Source: Chrysomallon squamiferum
Taxonomy: Eukaryota; Animalia; Mollusca
Assembly (NCBI GenBank): GCA_012295275.1
Contig: CM022671.1
Coordinates: forward strand, 25,420,001 to 25,484,000
Reading direction: 5' to 3'
DNA length: 64,000 nucleotides
Every line of letters starts with the position of its first letter. The first letter of the stretch is position 1. Positions 58,001-64,000 of the stretch are shown piece by piece. The position numbers and the translations under genes are program-made. The notes under the pieces were generated by a model. The model saw nothing but the letters and a program-made list of their open reading frames with translations, did no database searches and had not been told where the DNA came from.

Positions 58001-58920
58001 TTTCATAATGATAAAATAAAAACAGTTTTGATGTGTGTATGTGTGTACATGTGTGTGTGTGTTTGTGTTTGTGTGTGGGGGTTGTATAAATATGAATATT
58101 CATGTATATGCATATGTAGGTATGTATGACAGATTGTGGTTGGTTTGAATATGTGTGTGTATGTATTTGTAAATATGAATGTGTGTGTGTGTTTCTGTGT
58201 GTGTGCACATACACACACACACACACACATATTATTAAATTAACTTGCCCAGGCTGGACTCTGCGAGGTGAAATGCCTAGCACGCTGGCAGTACGTCTGC
58301 ACTCCTCGTTGATTTCGTTGATGACCGTGCGCTCCGTTCTATCCAGCGCCGCAGCACATTCCTTCTCGTGTCTCATCAGCTGCACCTTGTCAGTCCTCAT
58401 CACTCGAACCTCCTCCTCCAGCTGTCTCACTGCTTCTCGCAGTTTGTCCATTTCGTGCTGATTGTCCTAAATATGTAACAGTAGTTACGTAATCTGTCCT
58501 AAACATGTAACAGTAGTTACGTAATCTGTTTTAAATTATTGTCAGCAGTTAAAATTTTAATAAAACTTATTCCTGAATTTATCTTCAGTTACACAGGCTG
58601 CTGTTATTATTACTGTTTTAATTATCATCATCATCATTATTATCATTATTATTATAATGTTTTGTTATTATAATCATCATCATCGTTACCATTATTAAAT
58701 GTCTGAATGTAAGAAATTAGGTTAATTCGTTTCAATTTTTCATAGATTCTTAAAACTACAATAAACATTCAGTTTTAATAATTTTCACCTGTTTGAGTTT
58801 TTCTTTGATTCTCTCCACCTCTGAGCTTGTTTGTTCTCTCACCATGTCCTTTGCTCTGGCCACCGCAAACACTTTTTCTTTTGCCAACTCACGGTTCTGT
58901 TGTCTCTGGTCATTGACTTC
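50589..58920 (-). CDS. Uncharacterised coiled-coil protein, 3' portion (396 aa visible); 5' end uncertain or beyond the window
   Basis: Exons 58920-58789, 58466-58249 (GC donor), 57956-57875, 57320-57216, 56754-56671, 54408-54224, 52876-52771, 52147-52070, 51588-51484, 50684-50589; frame-continuous to TAG. E/K/Q/R/L-rich heptad sequence (e.g. ANLRACNEELRNHIFELKQELESQK, ERLQAKDDELKALQEDISQWKERTA). No family recognised. Confidence 0.88.
50687..50810. repeat. Three ~41-bp tandem copies at the last acceptor of the coiled-coil gene
   Basis: AAAACAAGAACACATTAAGTAAAATTTAATATTTGTAATT-like unit repeated about 3 times. Confidence 0.85.
51951..52023. repeat. (AG)n microsatellite
   Basis: Direct reading. 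Confidence 0.97.
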
Positions 58921-60113
58921 CTGGAATACAACAGTAAGCATATTAGCATCAGGAGCTTCATATATGTGTCTTTAATAAGGTTCAGGTGTGTTGGAAGTGG
59001 ACCTTAGGCAAAGCCCGTAAGTAGAATATAAGACAGCCAACAGACACTGAGTATTAACAGTAGGAAACCATAGTAAAGAAAACAATCTAGAGGAAGACCA
59101 TCAAGATGACAGAGGGATGAACTGGACAATATGGTTGCACAGTGATGATGATAATATGATGATGATATCATTAATCATGGGCATGGAGACTAATTCTTTC
59201 TAGTTAACACATCTGTGACTAGACCAAAAGTTCTTATGGTGATTTTATTTATTATCAGGACTTTTAGTCTAATTCCAGATTAATCCAGTATAAATCAAAT
59301 TCAGTTATTATGGTTAATATATTTAATTTCCTGATCTATGCTAAAGTAAAGAAAGTAAAATTAAGCTATTAATATTAATTCTGGTGTGTATATATATATA
59401 TGTGTGTGTGTGTGTGTTGTTGGGGGTGACATTCCAACACTCATTCATACACAGAGATAACAATGGGAGGGGTAAAAACTACACTAAACTCTCTCCTTTC
59501 TTTCTTCTAACTAATCTTCTGATATATTAATAAAAATAAACCCAACACTGTCTTCAACAGCCTGTATGTCCAAGGAGATATGTACTTCACAACAGTTTGC
59601 TCTGTCCAGAATGCTAAAAGCTTCCTGTGCAAACACTTGTATCAGACAGTACAATGGACCCACAAAGAAAAGATTCTTAAGAAAGCAAGTAACTGTACAA
59701 TACAGTGATCCAGTGACCGGTGTACTCACTGAGTGTAAACACAACACAACAACCTGAGATTTGTTTGATAAACACTTGAGTCAAGTTGATATTACAGATA
59801 TACACTGACCCATAGTAGATTAAATTCATGTTAAAAGTCTATCCTGTTTTGTGGTAATACAATACAATACCTTCCTGCATAGAAAACAAAGTTTTATTTT
59901 ATTTTAATGTAAGTAATGGCTGGCCTGCCTGTAATTTGGACTGTCCCCCAAAAGATTTATCTTCACATGTCATTAATTTTCCCAGAAACGTGGTCTGTTT
60001 TTTCATACCATTACATGTCATCAATGATTGAAATAATGTGTCCTTTCATGTCATTTAATACTCTTGATCTCTCACTTTCTTCAATAAAAAAAATAAAATA
60101 AAAAATATCTGTC

Positions 60114-60161
<48 letters not shown>

Positions 60162-60898
60162 TCTGTAATTCAATATAAAACTGATTAGAAGACCCTGTTT
60201 AAAAAAAAAAATAATAAAACTAAAAAACAATTTGAAGAAGAATAAAATAAACATGTTTAGTTATAATCCATATTATAGTTTAAAGTGTCCAATAGCTGTG
60301 TGAATGAATGGTCAATTATTATTTTTTTTAATTCTTTCAATTTATTATTTTACTTGGTTTGAGCAACCTGTCACTGTTAATATCAAAGTACAATAACGAA
60401 ACAAAGTCATTACAATACATTTACAGTGTGTTGGATTTTTTTTTCTAGTTTTTGCTAGAGACTTGACAGTTTCGTGAGATTTCCTTTACAACAGTCTTGT
60501 GATTTTTTTTTTTTAATATATTAAAGGTTTCAGATAAAGTGTGAATATTACAGGATATGCAGACACATGCTCATTAATATTAATGTACATACACTGAATA
60601 TACACATGCACACTCACAATACAATTTTACATGCACATACATGCAATACATACAAATACTTAGACAAAGCATATACAAATCGTATACAAAGATATATACA
60701 TATTAACAGTTTTTATACTCATAGACATTGTAATACAGACATATTCAGTTCCTAAACATACACCTAAATAAGCATATAAACATTCATAAAGAAACAAACA
60801 CATACATAATATATATATACATACATAAAAACACAAACACATTAAGGTACACAAACACATATATATAGATATATACATACATACATACATACATACAT

Positions 60899-60931
<33 letters not shown>

Positions 60932-61922
60932 TACTCACATATATGCATACATATATAAATCAAACACAAACGCACTCATGCACACACTTTCTCAACAGAC
61001 TAACAGATTTGTTATTTTTTCATTTCACACAAGAAAATTTTAAAATGTTTACAGCACTGCCAGAAGCAGAACTGAAATATGTGCTTCACTGAATGGAACA
61101 AATCTTCAACGATAACGTTATTGATAAAATAACTGAATGCATCAATGAGTGAAATAAAAACATAAATAATTAATGTTGACATTTACTGCTGCATGGATCA
61201 CAGCATTATCGATTTATGAGAACATCTACAAGGATTTTTTTTACTATTATTTTTTTTTTTTCACAACTTCTGCAGCAAAAAAATTAATAATCATTAGAAA
61301 GCATTACTGGGTTATAAAAGCCCACTCTGATGTACGCAGCAAAGAAATGAAAGCTGTAAACAAAGAGCTGGAATTCAACAGAAGATCAATATTAATGGGG
61401 CAAAAGTCATTGTAAATAAAAGTTCATTTTGACACTTCCATTAACAAAATAGTTTAATGAATTATTAAACAGTAAAACTGTAAAATCGGAGAAGTGAGTG
61501 TGTTTTTATGTCAGAATGTCACTTAAAATTGTATTAAATTTTAAACAGTGCTGCACTTCACAGTTTTTAAGTAGGTCTTCTATGTTATTTTCACTGCCCA
61601 TATTTAATATTAAAAACAGTTTCCAAAAGAGATACATTCATCAAGTCAAGATAAAATATTCATAGAATATTAGTTATTTATTTATGTTTTCATTTTATTT
61701 ACTACTTAAATTAGAAATAACATTGAAGGAAACTTATATTACAATAGTTTGAAGCCATATTCAAAACACAAACACACACACATACTCACAGACACACATT
61801 CATACAATTAGTCACACAAACATACACATGTAACATATGCTCACACAAATGTGCACACATACACACACACACACACACACATACATGAACACACACAAAC
61901 ACACACACTCAAACTCACAAGC

Positions 61923-61990
<68 letters not shown>

Positions 61991-63077
61991 GAACACACAC
62001 ACATGGATAATTGAAACTGCAGGTGTGAAAGAAAAACCAACTTTGATGTAACACAGTTCTGCTAATCCACTAAGCCTCTTGAAGTTAAGTACAATTTACA
62101 TGATATAAAACAATTTGCATTAATTTACTGTGTAAATCATATGTAACACTTGATTTCATAATAACTTCTTTATACTGTTTATATGGTAAACTTCAACTGA
62201 TTTTAAATCACACTGAACAAACCAAAAATATGTCATAACCCCATCTGTTCTGCGACCTTGACCTTGTAAACTTATAAAACCTTCATTATAGCACATAATG
62301 TACATTAGAAAATATGAGTAGTCTTATAAATTAGTAAAACTTGTAATAATAATGTACATAAAACACCTTAACAAGATTCATGTATCAAATATTTTAACAG
62401 TTACAACTCTCTAAATAAAACAACTTTGACCTACAATTTAATTTTAGTTAAAATGTAGTGATAACAACTCTTATAAATAATGAAAGAAAGAAAGAAAGAA
62501 AGAAAAAATAACATAAATAAATAAATAACATAATAATAATAAATAAATAAATGAATAAAGTATTAACATGATATGGATAATAAATAAATAAATAATACAA
62601 ATAAATTACAGATATCATAAGAAAAACAAAATACAAAAAGAAAAAGCCCACAAAAACAAGAGAACAAAACAATGAAACAAAAATAAAAATAACTTGAAAA
62701 ATCTGCTACAAATGAATGGTTCTCACATGAAAAAAATACAATTAAAAAGTGTTAACGTAATTTTGACATGCAAATGTGCTATTTGATTAGAATAACTTTG
62801 TACATTACAGAGACATATTTGATATATATATATATATTTTATTTTTGGTGTTATTTACTATTTATTAGTTTACTAAATCAACAAACAGTTTGTGCTAAAA
62901 GAAACCAGTCAGATCTGGAGATATATTATTAAATAAAATCAAAATTAAAACCAAACATCTATACTGTATCGACATTCACTTAAAAAGATAGAATCAAATC
63001 AATACAAAAGATTTTTATGATAACAAAACAAATTACTGACAACACAGTTTGTGTAAAGAATAAGAATGAAGTATTAC

Positions 63078-63140
63078 CTGGTAGCATGCATTAACGAATC
63101 TCATACGAATGTTCAACAGCTGATCATAATCCAAATCCAT
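63078..63140 (-). CDS. Candidate upstream or alternative first exon of the coiled-coil gene (MDLDYDQLLNIRMRFVNACYQ)
   Basis: ATG at 63140, 21 open codons, strong phase-0 donor CAG|GTAATA compatible with the acceptor at 58920; no homology support. Confidence 0.4.
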
Positions 63141-63579
63141 TGAATGAAACTTTATATTAACCAGAAATTAAAACACCTATTCTCAAATTCTGTTACATGA
63201 AAAAAAAAAAAAAAAAAATTATTTACTGAATGTCAAACAACCCTTCAGTTATCTTATTTCTTTCTTTTTCTTAATCTTTTTTTTTTTTTTTTTTTTTTTT
63301 TCAATTTATTTCTATCACAACAAATATCCAGATATTCCTGTAAATTAATTCAATATTGGAAATATTTAATTTTGAAATCCTGTGTCTTCAAAAATGTTAA
63401 AATGAATGAAAATATTTAATCTCTTTGGTTGAGAATCGGAGCTGACTGAGTATTAGAAGTAAATCCAGTTAAGTGAGATAATGTGGAAAGAGGTTGGATT
63501 ATCAACTGTGTGGGACGTGTGACAGCTTGAAACTGTGAGACCAGCACAGAACAGACGTCTGGAGCTTTTACTACCTGCC

Positions 63580-64000
63580 GTAAACCTTCTAAAATTTTCA
63601 CTGTAGTTAACCAGTAGTTTCAGATGTTCAGATTTAATTATAAACTGAGAATAGTTTTTTCAGTCTTCTGATTTGGTTTTACTTAAAGATTAAATATATA
63701 AAGTAAAATCAAGAACTTTTTACGACTTAGTGTGTAAATCTTCTAAAATTTTCATTACTAACTGATAATGTCAGATGTTCATTTTTAATGATAAATTTGA
63801 AATTAATTTTTAGTTCTCTGATTTGCTTTTGTTCTTTAAATTTTATAAAGTAAACGATACCATGATGTGCTGTAAAGCTTCTAAAATTTGTACTATTACA
63901 TTTTATTAATCAATAATTTCAGATATTTCAGATTTAAAGATAAATATGAAACAATCTTTCATTTTTCTTCTTGTTTAATTCATTTGTATTGATTAAATTT
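63580..64000. repeat. Degenerate ~140-155-bp tandem repeat, possibly running off the window
   Basis: CTTCTAAAATTT recurs near 63586, 63740 and 63878, each followed by TCAGAT(G/A)TTCA..TTTAA..ATAAA. Confidence 0.75.

Noticed and set aside
59511-60101. Short ORFs on both strands upstream of the visible coiled-coil exons
   Set aside because: No convincing splice-site pair or coiled-coil composition; probably intronic.

Overview
AT-rich, microsatellite-dense, intron-rich animal DNA, probably a lophotrochozoan/mollusc (inferred from gene structure and SINE-like remnants); no prokaryotic, CRISPR, rRNA or tRNA features are supported. Gene models were built by hand from splice signals and frame continuity: (1) the 5' part of the AP-1/AP-2 beta-adaptin gene (- strand, runs off the left edge); (2) a complete 8-exon PEX12 (+ strand) head-to-head with it; (3) a long uncharacterised + strand gene (~13-38 kb) in which up to four different phase-0 N-terminal exon sets can feed a shared exon chain that encodes a Gly/Met heptad repeat, many basophilic kinase sites and a C-terminal degenerate EF-hand-like domain; (4) a tandem paralog encoding only that domain (172 aa, same intron phases); (5) the 3' part of an unrecognised coiled-coil gene (- strand) that needs a GC-AG intron. 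The variable-first-exon gene plus its domain-only paralog is the most interesting object; its isoform connectivity is inference until checked with RNA data.
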